The notes: generated from the sequence alone by a model not told the origin. 64,000 nt of DNA from Octopus sinensis (GCF_006345805.1 NC_043005.1:1364001-1428000), one strand, 5' to 3'. Counted from the stretch's first letter, positions 24,665 to 39,039 are shown. Translations and numbers: made by a program.

Positions 24665-25745
24665 AGGTAGTGAGCTGACAGAATCATTAGCACACCAGAC
24701 AAAATGCTTTGTGGTATTTTGTCCATCTTTACATTAACTGTTCAAATTCTGTCATGGCCGATTTAGCCTTTCTTCCTTCTGAGGTTAATAAAATAAGCGC
24801 CAGTAGAGCACAGGTGCCAATGTAATTGATTAGATCATTCCACCAGAATTTCAGGCCACGTGCCTTTACTAGAAAGGATCATTATTATTATTTGCTTGTT
24901 ATTATCTCTCTATCTTTTACTTGTTTCAGTCATTAGACTGCAGCCATCCTGGGGCAGCACCTTGATAAGTTTTAGTCAAATGAATCAATCCCAGCACTTC
25001 TGTTTCTGGCATTTTTTCAGTTGGTCTCTTTTGCTGAACCACTAGGTTATGGGGACCTAAACACACCAACACTAGTTGACAAGTAGTAGGGGACAAATTC
25101 AAATATCTATATAATGAGCTTCTTTCAGTTTCTGTCTACCATATCTACTCACAAGGCTTTGGTTGGTTTCAGGCTATAGTAGAGGACACTTGCCCAAGAT
25201 GCCATGCAGTGGGACTGAACCTGGAACCATGTCATTATGAAGCAAACTCCTGACCACGCAGCCATGGCTGGGGAAATTTGAGAAATGTCACAACTTGGCA
25301 TTTCTTAAGGTTGTGTAAGTTAAAATCCAATTAAAATAATCTCATAAGAACATCTAACTCATTATAACCTAAACAATTAGTGCTGTAGCCTCTTAACAAT
25401 AGACCCTTTTATACATTGAGCCTAATATATAAAATGCATACAGAGGAATAGACAAAACTCTTAAAGCCATGCAAACCAAGAATAAGTCAATCTTAACTTT
25501 ATATTAGTAATTCAATATTATTGTTAAACATTGGTTTCAAATTTTGACATAAGACCAGAATTTCAGGGAAGAGGGTAAGGTTTTTACATCAGCCTCAGTG
25601 CATAACTGGTACTTATTTTATCAACCCCGAAAGGATGAAAGGCAAAGCTGGCCTCAACTGAATTTCAACTCAGAACATAAAGACAGATAAAATACCGCAA
25701 AGAATTTTGCCTGGAGTGCTAACAATTCTGCCAACTGCCACCTTG
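24665..25745. mobile_element. SINE cluster: family B + (24665-24870), family A - (24895-25270), family B - (25530-25745)
   Basis: Same diagnostic boxes and cores as the other copies. Confidence 0.75.
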
Positions 25746-28069
25746 CTAGTATTGTAAAATATTGTCAACTAATATTAAACAGAAAAGCAAATAAATTGGG
25801 TTTCTCTCTGCTGATGACATCACAGTTAATTAAAAATGAGGATAGAATGAAGATGAAGTGTTATAGAATATTGATGATAATATGGTACTAAATACTATAT
25901 ACAGTAAAAAAAAATAGAGATATTTTTTTATTACGTGAACTCTTTTATAAATACACAGTATAAACATTGATTCCTAAGAGACAGAAAGCCTCTATTTTCT
26001 TTTTTTTTGAGATGAACATAATAGTTCTTATCAATTTTGGGAGGACAAATGACAAATTAAACTCAATATAAAGTCATCAATAACAGTGGTATTGATAAAC
26101 TCATGTGTCGTGTGTGTCTTAACAGTTCTTGACTTGCCCTTGCAGGTTTTATCTAAAGAATATTGTGGGGTTTTGGTGTTATGAAACAATGTTTAAGTGT
26201 GGTCAAAGGCTATAGTAGAGGACACTTGCCCAAGATGCCATGCAGTGGGACTGAATCGGAACCATGCAGTTGGGGAGCAAACTTATTCCTACATAGCCAC
26301 GGCAGGGGAAATTCAGGAACTGTCACAACTCGAAGATTGTAGTTCAGTAATCTAACCAACATTGTCAACTCTTGTTAGAGAGAAACCTAATGCTACCATC
26401 TGATAAAATGTTTCAATCCAATTTTTTGAATTGTTCTCTATGCTAAATCAAAAGTGTTAAAAATTACCAAAATAAAAAGTGAGTTATCTTTACAATTAAA
26501 ATAATAACAAAATCAATTTTCGAGCTGAATAAAAACCAGTGAAAACATCATATCCACAAAGTTCTACAGTTGGAGGTTTTTAAGCTTGACAGAATTTTGA
26601 AATTTTGTTCTGGGTAATATTTCTAGTGTTTTATTTTAATATCTTTGTCACTGTTTAATTTTACTTTTGTTGCTATTATAGATTATATACAGCAGTTCCG
26701 GCCCTTATGAATTGGCATGACTTAAGGAGGTAACTTTACTTCTTTTCTTTTTATTCTCTATGCTTTTGGGAATCAGAGAAACTTTTCATTTAAGAATATT
26801 TGAAATAAATTTATTCTATAGAATAAAGTTACATAAACCCCCTTAAACCATCATGTGAATACATTTACCAAACAAGACGACTTCCAAATAGTTCCTGCTA
26901 AAACCGATGGCATGTATCCTTACTAAATTCTTTAAGCTTTTTCTGTATGCATCTATTTTGAGTTACGAAATTAATTTTATAGAGTATCGCATCTCCCAGA
27001 AGGTAAGTATTCAAACTGTCCACATTCAATATGTCAAAGATGATATACATGGTCTTACCACTGTCTATTTATAACCTCATTCAATGACCACCAGTTTGGT
27101 TTCCATACATACAGATCTACATGAAACTGCTTTTTGCAGCAGGTTAAATTACTGCAGCTAAATCTCCCTCATATGACACCCTCCAGTCTTTAAAAAAAAA
27201 AAAATCAAGGGGACACAATTGGATAATATAATCCTTGAAGCAAGCTAGAAAATTAAAAAAAAGATATGTACTAGTGACGTTTGGAACACATCTAATCTCA
27301 CCAGGACTTAAGGGAAGCGAAATTAACAACTGCAAAACTTCTTGCAAAATAAAACAAGTGGAGCCTTTGGAAAACTGTGAAAGAAAGTTGAAAAATATTT
27401 TGAGAAGACAGCAAGACTGGATCTGGTGTATGTAGTTGGTAAGAAACAAAGCTGAGGTTGACATTGACTGATGATAGACAATAAGAATATCTACAAATAA
27501 ACAAGCTTTCTGACAAATTGGGTGCATTCTGTTAGCATGTTGAAAAATACCCCAGGGACAGCAATGATATAGAAACGTTAGAAAAAAAAGGAAAAAGAAA
27601 ACCACTACCCCATAATGTAAACGAAATACTGTCATCTGTTGAAAATTTAATTATTAATATAAAATAATTTACTTCTCTACCTGCTAGAAAGAACAGGCAG
27701 ATCACCCTCACATTAAACAAGGACAAACTGAATAATATAGTTCTAGATACTCCTAAAAGGACAGGATAGTCATGGTTGGAATGCTTTTGATCATAAGTTT
27801 GTTCAATCAGAAACAGAATGAGTGTTTAAATTTCCCAGCGGGGAATTTCATTCTCAAAAGAGAATGGCCATAAATCAAAATAAGGAAAAAAATTTCTTTA
27901 GTCTACAAAAATCCTGGAAATTCTGAGAGGAGGCAAATGTTTTTGGGGAACAATTCAATGTGAGAATGGTTATTGCAAGAGATAGAATATGGCTTAGTCT
28001 TTGTCCCTAAAATAAGAAGATATTTCAAAGTTGGAAAATAATCAAGAATTTGAAGGAATTTAGAAAGAT

Positions 28070-28366
28070 AACTAGGCATTGCTGTGTGGTAAGAAGCTTG
28101 CTTCCCAACCACATGGTTCTAGGTTCAGACCCACGCTTACTAAGGCTTTGTGAGTGGATTTGATAGATGGAAACTGAAAGAATCCTATGGTATATACATA
28201 TGTTTACATCCTCATAGCTTAGCAGTTTGTCAAAAAAGACAGCTAAAATAAGGACCAGGCTTAAGAGAAAAATAAGTACTGGGGTCAGTTCATTCAACTA
28301 AAAACTTTTCAAGGTGGTGCCCCAGCATGGACACAGCCTAATGACTGAAACAAGTAAAAGATAGAT
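28070..28366 (+). mobile_element. Family-A SINE
   Basis: gctgtgtggtaagaagcttgcttcccaaccacatggttctaggttcag...gactgaaacaagtaaaagata. Confidence 0.8.
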
Positions 28367-31165
28367 AACGTCCGTTTTCCGTGCTAGCACGGGTTGGATG
28401 GTTCGACCGGGGTCTGGGAAGCCAGGAGGCTGCACCAGACTCCAGTCTGATCTGGCAGTGTTTCTACAGCTGGATGCCATTCCTAATGCCAACCACTCCG
28501 CGAGTGTAGTGGGTGCTTTTTACATGCCAGGGGCATCTAGCAGCGGCCACGATCGGTTGGTGCTTTTTACGTGCCACAGGCACGGAAGCCAGTCAAGGTG
28601 GTGCTGGCATCGGCCACGTTCAGATGGTGCTTTTTACGTGCCACCAGCACAGGTATCACAACTACTATTTCCATTGATGTTTATTTCAATGTTCATGTAC
28701 TTGACTCAATAGGTCCCCTCAAGCACAGCGGGTTGTTCTGAAATCCAAGGTACTTTGAATGGGCTGGGGCTATGCGGAACTGGTGCAGGAAGCAGCCCGG
28801 GTCTTTGCAGTCACAGCATATCTCCAGAGATCAGGTAGCGGAAACTATCAACTACTTCTAGTTTCTCTCCCTGGAGTGTGATGGAATCTGTTTTTGAGTA
28901 TCTGTGGTGTCTATTGTCCCTGTGCATCTGCCGCACATGAAAGCTATCTTATCAGTTAATTTTCCTCTGATGTTGCTGCACCTCTGGGTACATCTTATGG
29001 AGTTTCTACCTACACCTTTTCTACAGATCGAGCAGGGTCGCCTGCCCGAGGGGGTGTGTGATGAGTTCGCCTTTCTGCTTACTATAACTTTGGTCTTTGC
29101 TACATTTACTCTAAGGCCCATTGATTCTAACCCTGTCAAAGGCTTTCTCCAAGTCCACAAAAGCTATGTAGAGGGGTTTATCTTTAGCTAGGTATTTCTC
29201 CTGCAGTTGTCGAACCAGGAATATAGAATCAGTGGTGCTTCTACCCAGCACAAAACCGAACTGCATCTCATCTAAGTAAATTCTCTCCCTAATGAGATGG
29301 GTTATGACCCTCTCTGTGACCTTCATCACCTGATCCAACAGTTTAATACCCCTGTAGTTATTTCTATCTAGAGCATCACCTATACCCTTGTAGCAGTTGA
29401 CTATGGTGCTGCTACGCCAGTCATTGGGTATGACTCCATTATGAACTACCTGGTTTACAATGCGGGTGACTAGGCCATAGCCCACATAGCCAGCTGTTTT
29501 AAGCATCTCAGCAGTGATTCCTGATGGGCCGGGGGCTTTACCTGGTTTCATACCCTTAATTGCCTTAACTACAAGGTAGCTGTCTATTCGGATAGCTGGT
29601 CCCTCTACTGGGTCAACATTTGGCAGGCTCTCCTCCTCCCATTCATTCTCCTCATTCAGCAGTCTTTCATAATGGCTTCTCCAAGCCTGTTTCTTTTCAC
29701 TAACAGTAAAAGCAAGTGCCCCATCATCCATGCGGACACATTTCTCTCCTGTAACATCACTATTTTCTCTCACACACTGTCTAGCAATCCGAAATACCTT
29801 AGTTCTTTGGTCCTCACGTTGCTGGACATTGGCAAACTTCTTCTTTTCTGCTTCACCCTTGGCTATGTATACCTGCCGCCCAGCCTCCCTTTTGGCTACC
29901 TCGTACCGTTCCCTGCTACCCCAACCCTTCCAGGTTTTCCAGGCCTGTTTCTTTGCTCTAATGACTTTGTCTACGGAACTATTCCACCACCATGTCACTG
30001 TAGGTCTCGAAGGGACTTTGCACCATCCACAGACTTGGTCTGTGGCACTCAGCAAGCTGTCCTGTAGGAATTTCCAGCTACCTTCTATGTCCGACGTCTG
30101 TAGCTCCTCCTCTCTCTCATCAAATTTCTTGATGAGGATGTCCCTAAATCTCTGACCATGTGAAGGGTTCTTTAGCTTCCAAATCCTTCTTTTCTGGATT
30201 GGTCTGTTTCTTGGTATCCTTCTGGTCTCAAGCCTAACGTCACTAATGATTAGCCTATGCTGAGGTGTACATTCTTCACCCGGGAGGGTCTTTGTATTTA
30301 AGAGCAACCCTGCATCCCGCTGTCTGGTGAGGATGAAGTCTATTTGGCTAGTGGAGTCCCCTGACTGATAGGTTATAAGGTGGCAGTCTGGCTTCCTGAA
30401 GTTAGTATTGCAGATTAAAAGGTTACATGCATCACAGAATTCCAGTAGTCTAGTTTCCTCATCATTTCTGGTGCCAATACCATGGCCACCGTGTACCCAG
30501 TGAAGATACCCGATTCCCGCCCAAGATGCCCATTAAAGTCTCCAGCCACAAAGATGAGGTCCTTGCCACTCGTCTTTGAGGTAGCCTGTAGAAGGGTATC
30601 ATAAAAGTGGTCCTTCCGATCATTTGGTAGACCCGCATGTGGGGCATAGGCGGAGATAATCGTAGCTATGCCGCTCTGTAGGACTAACCTGAGCTGAAGC
30701 ACTCTATCGCAAACCCTGACAACCTCTATGACCTTATCCACCCATTTCTCCGCAAGGAGAATGCCTACACCCCCTACACCATCCATGTTACCTTGCCAGA
30801 AGACTTTATACCTATGTGCCTTGCCTGTGAGGACCCTAGCTGAAGCACCTCTCCATCTTACCTCTTGTGTGCAGCATACATCAACCCGTCTTCTTTCAAG
30901 CATCTCTACAATCTCACTAGACCTACCTTTCAGTGTACCAACATTCACAGTGCCAACTCTGAAAACTGGGAAGGTAATGTGGGGTGAGGTTTGGGGAGGA
31001 GGGATGCAATTCAGCGCATGAAAAGAAGAGGGTTGTTATGGTGATCGTTTTTTAGGCATTTTTCATCTGATCTCTCTTCCGACCTGACAACATTCAAGCA
31101 TTTAGGCATGTTAAGGTTGTGGCCCCTGTTGTAGGCAGGAGCTGGTGTTAGCAGCGTTGTAAGCA
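28367..31165 (-). mobile_element. Near full-length RTE LINE with frameshift and internal deletions
   Basis: ORF 30415..30948 encodes APE (NVGTL, QEVRW, YAP, GDFN); ORF 29111..30307 encodes linker and RT N-terminus (YRGIKLL, DLEKAFDRV); about 317-bp and 514-bp deletions relative to the 45-47 kb copy. Confidence 0.92.
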
Positions 31166-31251
31166 TAAGCATTAATATATATATATATATATATATAATA
31201 TATATATATATATATGTAATATATAAAATATATATATATATTTATATATGT

Positions 31252-31546
31252 GGAGGCACAATGGCTCGGTGGTTAGGGCAGGAGACTCGCAGTTGTAGGA
31301 TCGCAGTTTCGATTCCCAGACCGGACGTTGTGAGTGCTTGAGTGAAAACACCTAAAAGCTCCACGAGGCTCCACCATGGGGTGGTGGCGATCCCTGCTGT
31401 ACTCTTTCACCATGACTTTCTCTCACTCTTTCTTGTTGGCCTGCTTGCTTAGCCAGCGGGGTGGCGTCATTTGAAGGCTAAAACAATGCAAAGCGCATTG
31501 TGACCAGCGATGTGTAGCAACATCTGATAGCCTGGTCGGTCACGTG
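31252..31546 (+). mobile_element. tRNA-derived SINE, family C
   Basis: A box tggctcggtgg and B box gtttcgattcc followed by a non-tRNA body; flanked by (AT)n. Confidence 0.8.
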
Positions 31547-31974
31547 AATACACACATATATATATATGGCAGGTAAGAAGCACTACTTTTACAATAAATG
31601 TAAAAGAGGTCTCTTGACAAGTACTTTAAGCAAGACTATGGCTAGTTCACGAAGTACTTCCAAATGCAATCATTTTGAGAAGTTGAGCTTCACAAAGATG
31701 GAGCGAATGAAGTCAACTCATAAACTGTAGGAAACCAGTAAAACATTTAAAAAATGTTTCAAAAGTACCCTTCATCCTCTTCATGCTAATTACAGCTTAG
31801 GCAAACAACTCTTATCTTGATAGGAAGAAATTAGAAAAATGTTTTCATACGTAAATATTTACATTTTACTTGTACTTTTATACACACACACACACCACAC
31901 AATGTATATACAAACAAAATACATACATTATAGTCAGAGACAAATTATTTCTTCAATGACTAACACATTTTTAT

Positions 31975-32832
31975 TTGTATGTGTGTGTGTGTGTGTGTGT
32001 ACACACACACACAAATAATTCTTTAATGATTAACACATTTGCATATGTCTATACACAAACACATACAGACATATATACACACACACAAACATTATTAGCT
32101 GAATATATATACACATACATACATAAATCTTTTGCACATGTACACATATTTACACAAAACAAATATAATAGAGTTATGTCCTTCACAGTAACAGCATAAA
32201 CATTCCAATGTTGATATTGAAACAATGTAACCTCCACACAATATTGATATGAAACTGATATCGTATCAACAATAAACAGGCACCAGTTTTATCACTTACA
32301 GGCTCACATATAATATCCAACTAAAACAAAATATATCAAAAAGCCAACATTTCATTTAATATACAAACGACATCATTATGTATGTGTGATTGTGTATGTG
32401 TGTGTGTGTGTGTGTGTGTACACACACACACAAATAATTCTTTAATGATTAACACATTTGCATATGTCTATACACAAACACATACAGACATATATACACA
32501 CACACAAACATTATTAGCTGAATATATATACACATACATACATAAATCTTTTGCACATGTACACATATTTACACAAAACAAATATAATAGAGTTATGTCC
32601 TTCACAGTAACAGCATAAACATTCCAATGTTGATATTGAAACAATGTAACCTCCACACAATATTGATATGAAACTGATATCGTATCAACAATAAACAGGC
32701 ACCAGTTTTATCACTTACAGGCTCACATATAATATCCAACTAAAACAAAATATATCAAAAAGCCAACATTTCATTTAATATACAAACGACATCATTATGT
32801 ATGTGTGATTGTGTATGTGTGTGTGTGTGTGT
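31975..32832. repeat. Direct tandem duplication, period 419 bp
   Basis: acaaataatt at 32011 and 32430; the unique sequence appears identical between copies; ends lie in (GT)n. Confidence 0.95.
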
Positions 32833-33489
32833 CCAGTTTTATTACTACCACAAAAATAGCACCCTTCATTTGTACCCAACAATGAGTACTTCTATGTTAA
32901 TCTGTTATACAAAGGATCTCTCTCTCTCTCTCTGTTCTACACACACTTCACCATTCAAACTGATAATTCAGTATTACTGACGCTGTCAATAACTACTCTA
33001 GGTAGGAACTGCCACTTCTTTGCACCATCAAATATCAGCAAATATAGAAACAAGTTTTAACATTATTGTTTTGTGGTGGTGGTCGTGGTGGATATAAACA
33101 GTAGGATTGTCTAGGTCACTACCTCACAGGTGTATTCTATCCATTCACAGTCAAAGTACAAAAAGGTACTGACGTTCACTCTATTGTCTATACTCTTTAT
33201 CTGATATTGTGTATAGTATAAGGAACAAACTATTATCATCATCATCATTATCATCAATGTGGCAAGCTGGCAGAATCCTGTAATCAACCTGCCATTCCTC
33301 ACAAATTGCTGGTCTTGTGCCATAATTTGAAACGATTATTATTATTATTATTACTATCATCATCTTGTTTACACACAAAACCCTCACAGAGCAGACACAC
33401 ACACACATCCTTTGTTTTGTCCTGTGCTGTCCATATTTTTCTGAATGTAAACCCTTGTGGTTAATAAAGAAATCATCATCATCAAAGAG

Positions 33490-34220
33490 GCAAGCTAACA
33501 CAACTATTGGCACAGCAGACAAAATGCTTGGTGGGATTTACTGTCTTTGTGTTGAATTCAAATTCCCCACCCAGGTCCACTTTGCATTTCATCCTTTCAG
33601 GGTCAACAAAATAAGGACCAGCTGAGCACTGGGGGTCAATGTCATTGACTTATCCCCTCCCCTAAAACTGCTGGCCTTCTGCCAAAATTTGAAATCATTA
33701 TTATCATTGTTATTGGCTTTCTGAGTTCAAATTACACCAAGGTCAACTTTGCCTTTCATCCTTTCAGAGTCAATGAAATAAGTACCAGTTGGAGCAATGG
33801 GGTCCAAATACCTCTCCCCAAAATATTCTAGGCTTTGTGCCTATAGTAGAAAGGATTAAGCATCAAGTACAGGTTGATCATTGTGTTCTCAGTAAAGTGA
33901 GTCTATAAATGCCTCTGATTCCTAGAGGGGTCACACGTGACCTTGAAAAAGAAAAGGGAAAAGGCAGGAGTGGGCCTGCAACTTTTTGTTCTTTTGCCAT
34001 GGATTCTGATACAGCAATTTTAAGTGAGAAATCCTTTTCGTCAGATGGCAGATTTCCTACAACACAAGCATATACTTTGATATATTTGTGATTCTTCATG
34101 CGACTTCGAATTCCACAGAAGTCAAATTTGTCTTTCATCCTTCCGGGGTGGATAAAATATAATCAAGTTTTTTTAACAGTTCTTTGAAATTGGTGGTCTT
34201 GTGTCTATGTTAGAAATCCT
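33490..34220 (+). mobile_element. Family-B SINE cluster (33490-33700, 33715-33860, 34085-34220)
   Basis: Repeated core ctttcatcctttcagggtcaa..aaataag.accag. Confidence 0.7.
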
Positions 34221-34812
34221 GATTAAGTATTATGATTACCCTATTAGACCATTGATGCTGCTGCTGCTGCTACTACTACTACTACTACTTCCACCACCAC
34301 CACCATGGCCACCAAAATAACCACTATCATCACAATATTTCGTTTGAAAGATCAAAATTAAAAGGTAAGTTTGCACCTGCTCAGCTATCAGTCATAATTA
34401 ATTAACAAGGTTTATGTATTGTTATTTCTCTGAGAACAAGTTTTCTGCCATGAAGAACCTTAGGCAAGTTCTTCAATAAGTTTTCATGGAAACACAAAAA
34501 ATAAAATGAAAATAAATATGAAATTAAATGTGATGTGGAAAGCTTCAGGTGAAGGTGCACCTGGGTAGATACTTTTGGTACTTGTTTTGACTTCATTCTA
34601 CGCTATGTCTGACATTACCTGTAAGTGTTCCAGGATTGATAAAATATAAACATAACAATCCATTAGATTTTGCCCAATTAAAAAACTCAGCCTTAAGAAT
34701 CTGAGTGGAGGAATAGAATGTGGTGCAGATGGTGGTGAATTGAAACTGTGACATATATTGGAGTTCAAGTCCCATTGAGATTTACTTAGCATTTTAACAT
34801 TACATAGCACAG

Positions 34813-34858
<46 letters not shown>

Positions 34859-36719
34859 CGGCAAGTTGAGATCATGATGGCGTTTCAATAACTGGCTGAA
34901 ACCATTTCCTTTCTATCATAATGCAAATGAGAGGAGAGAGAAAGAGGTGGACAGACAGAGACAGAGAGAGACAGACAGACAGATTACTGTCAAAATATTG
35001 CTTTCCTGCACTGACCCTAAACTGAAAAACCTTTGTGTTAGTCTAAAACCAATATATCCAAGAACTACTAGCACACAGAACAGCATGCCCTTTTGCCTAA
35101 TATATTCAAGATGACTCTAGAAACAACCCCTCCTTCCAGACAACCCTGCTACCCATCCAAAAATAAATATTCAATTTCCAAATTTTACCAGTCAACTGCT
35201 AATTTTGAATTCTTTAGAAAAGAGAACTGGACTGACAATTCAATGGAGAAAATAAGGAGCAGAAATTATAACTATTGTCAAGGTAGCTCATTCCTCAAAG
35301 TTCAATATAGTGTTGCCTTGCATAAGGTCAAGGGAGGGAGGTCAGTAAAACAGGTACCAATATTCAGGGGCTGATTACAATTAATCCCAATCTCCTTTAT
35401 TAGAAAAAAAAACTATCTTCTCCCAATTCAAATGAAATGGTTTGTTAATATTTTTATTGATAATCAAAAATAGTAACAAGACAACCATACTGAATATTTT
35501 ATACTATCCGCTTTGGTTTCTCACTTTGCAGAGTTCAAATCACTGTCAGTTTGACTAACTTTCATTCCCTGAAGGTTGGTAAAGTATTGGTGATACAATC
35601 AATTCTGTTCCGAGAAATTGGCTTTCTGCCGACTGAAAGACAATTACTATTATTATTATTATTGAAGCTGCTGTTGTTATTACTGTGGTGTCTTAAGTAA
35701 TAATAGGCGTTGTGTCATTTGCTAGAGGTAGAGTGTTTCGATATACGAGGTGGCAGCAATCAGTAAGCCACAGAGAAGGAGGCAGAAGTGAAGAGAGCAA
35801 TTGATGGAAATTTGTGAGAAATGCTGCACCATCAGCAACATCGGTGCCAAGATGACAACCGCCAACCACAGTACTTCCTCTCAGAATCTCCACCTCCCTA
35901 ACAGAGACTACCTAGAATGTTTTGGTAACTGAAACAAATGCTCACAACCAGAAGCACCGCCAACATTACCAATTTTATAACAGTAGCAGCAATAGACGAG
36001 GATGAAGGTAAAGGTGAAACAGGTGAAGACGTAATAGTAGTCGGGCGGGGAAGGGGGGCGAATAAAAGGTAGGAAAAAGAGAAGAAACGAAGAGAAAACG
36101 GGATGAAATGAAGACGTAAAATGATGATCAGATGGAAGAAATGAAAGGATGAAGAAAGAATTTAAGAGCGACTGGAATATTTAAATATGAGCAATGGTTG
36201 GTTTTTTTAGGGAGGGGGGGGCAGAGTTGAAGGCCATCGCATAGTAACGGAAGGGTGCTGAAGATGAAGGCCACTGAATCACTATATAATGGTAAACACA
36301 TCTCTCAATAAAAGATTTTTCCTCTCGTGCGTGCGTATATATGCAATATGCGTATTTCGTAGGTGTGTGTGTGTGCACGCACACAGATACAGAATCGTGC
36401 GCGGGAGATGCATAGAGCAATTGTTCTACACACATATACACACGTCGGTGTAAGTATCTATTATACAAAATTCACCAATTCCAAGATAAATATCTGGAAA
36501 GCTGTGTGTGTGCGTGTGTACACAATATTATACAGGTTATATACATATTTGAATACATACATATAACAAAATCTGTATACACACACACAACTCAGTGGAT
36601 TTACGTATTTCTTAAATAATCGTCAATATGTTTTGATATTTCATATTTGAACTTTTACATGACTGTTCTGATTACAATATACACTCGGCATGGAGAGGAA
36701 TCAAATTCTTTTAAACAAT

Positions 36720-37293
36720 ATTATATATATCTATCTATTAATTATATTATATTATATATATATTATATTATATGTATATATTGTATTATATATTATTATA
36801 TTATATATTATATTATATATATAAATTATATTATATTGTATTAATATATATAAATTATATTATATTGTATTATATATATATAAATTATATTATATTGTAT
36901 TATATATATATAAATTATATTATATTGTATTATATATATATAAATTATATTATATTGTATTATATATATATAAATATATTATATTATATATATATAAATT
37001 ATATTATATTATATTATATATATATAAATTATATTATATTATATATATATATATAAATTATATTATATAATTACATTATATATATTATATATATATAAAT
37101 TATATTATATTATATATATAAATTACATTATATATATAAATTATATTATATATATGTATAAATTATATTATATATATTATATATATGTATAAATATATTA
37201 TATTATATATATATATATATATTAATTATATTATATATATATTAATTATATTATATATGTCATATTATATATATATTAATCATTATATATTAC

Positions 37294-37364
<71 letters not shown>

Positions 37365-37421
37365 ATCTATCTATCTATCTATATATATATATATATGTGT
37401 GTGTGTGTATGTATGTATGTA

Positions 37422-37507
<86 letters not shown>

Positions 37508-37530
37508 CTATATATATATATATATATATG
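36720..37530. repeat. AT-only minisatellite (30-bp unit tatatatatataaattatattatattgtat, about 4-5 copies near 36811-36970) grading into (AT)/(GT)/(ATGT)n
   Basis: Period-30 identity visible in successive sequence lines. Confidence 0.92.
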
Positions 37531-38429
37531 GTAAACCTAGGAGTGATGTAAAAGTGAAGCTGAAATATGAATGCGTGTCGTCGACGATTGTGTAAGAAAT
37601 CGGTAAATGCACAATTTCTAATAAAAAGAAAAGAAAAGAAAAGAAAAGGCAAGTGTGTGATCCATGGAGAGAGATCGGTGGAGGGGTAAGTGGGAGAAAA
37701 AGCAAATAAAGATTGATAAACAAGAGGAAATGTGGCCCTTTTTTTATGTGAAATGAAAGTGGTTTCTTGTTGGAATTGGCGATTGGCCTTTAATGAATGT
37801 TTGGTGGTTGTGCGAAGGAAAGGATAAATGATTCTGATTTTATATTGGAGAAGGCCATCCTCACTTTTAGACATTTCGTGGAGACTTCATCATCATCATC
37901 ACAAGCAGACACACAAGATGTATTTATTCGTTATAAACACACATTATATAGACATAGAGGAGACGATAGGAAACGATTTTAACATCGATTGCAGACATCA
38001 TCATCATCATCATTATGAAGAAGAAGAAGAAATGTCTCCACACAGACATTGGAATATTTCATTCTAAACACATTCACTCATCATTCATTACACACACACA
38101 CACACACACACAATATATATATTTCGAGTCGTACTTCCTCCTTCACACACACAGACACAAGAAGCTTTATTTATCCTAAACACTCACCCACCCGTTTATT
38201 ATTTATTATAAATTCAAACATTACAGACCTCATCTAAAAACACCTGACGCAATCCAAAGAGACAAAATCACAAACATTTATCACCACCAAAGCTCCTCTT
38301 CACCATAATCAACGGCAAATACAAAGAGAAAACCAACAGTTTCATAATAAATCAGAAAAGACAAATCACAACTAATAACAATAACAAAAAGGCAGGCAAA
38401 GAGAGAGAGACAAGTGATGTTCTGGTTAC

Positions 38430-38487
38430 CTTCTTCATCCGTTTTCTCCAGACTCGCTTCCTTAACCATTTCTTGACGTTCTTCCAT
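38430..38487 (-). CDS. Candidate first coding exon of an unidentified minus-strand gene (MEERQEMVKEASLEKTDEE, phase 1)
   Basis: aaaaATGG start; donor AAG|GTAACC at 38429; possible upstream UTR intron 38782-38549 (CTAC|GTAAGT ... cattag); lies in the CpG island. No homology recognised. Confidence 0.4.
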
Positions 38488-38699
38488 TTTTTACTTTTAG
38501 ATTTTCATTCAATTTCTTAGATTTTCTTTTCGCTTACGATTCTTATTTCTAATGCAATTGGTAAAGGGGAACTTTTCTTTTCAGAGGGGGTTCCTTTTCC
38601 TTTGCTCCCCCCCTCAATTCGCTCACCACATATTATATAAGGATGATTATTACTATTATTATTATTATTGTTAATTAATTAATTACTACATCATTAATC

Positions 38700-38989
38700 C
38701 AGCCCGGGTGTCTTCTTCTTCCTTCTCTCTCTCTCTCTCTTACATATCATATATTTATAGATTGTCTGTTATCACTACTTACGTAGATTATTATTCTTCT
38801 AATTGTTCTAATTCTTACATTATCCCCGATCTCTCTCCTCCCGAAAATCCTTCACCAAATTCACCGCATTTAAAAATGTCCACTCGATCCTTCTCACATC
38901 AAAATTATTCTAATTATTATTTAACACCATTCACACACAAACACCGATCGAGCTGTGATTTCTTCACTTTTTACACAAACACACACCAT

Positions 38990-39039
<50 letters not shown>

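Noticed and set aside
26981-27008. Plus-strand 20-nt microexon-like unit (ttttatag|...AAG|gtaagt)
   Set aside because: Isolated, not a multiple of three, and lacking a supporting plus-strand gene; such motifs are expected by chance in AT-rich DNA.
31252-31330. tRNA gene-like sequence
   Set aside because: A and B boxes are present, but there is no closed acceptor stem and it continues into a SINE body.
33878-34138. Phase-compatible exon GNLPSDEKDFSLKIAVSESMAKEQKVAG after tgttgtag
   Set aside because: Only weak donors are available (GTCACG, GTATCA), there is no recognisable homology, and the ORF starts inside a SINE.
36647-37551. Y/I/C/V-rich ORFs here and at 3.8-4.1, 16.1, 16.7, 18.2, 41.4 and 60.3-61.0 kb
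   Set aside because: Translations of (AT)n, (GT)n and (ATT)n microsatellites.
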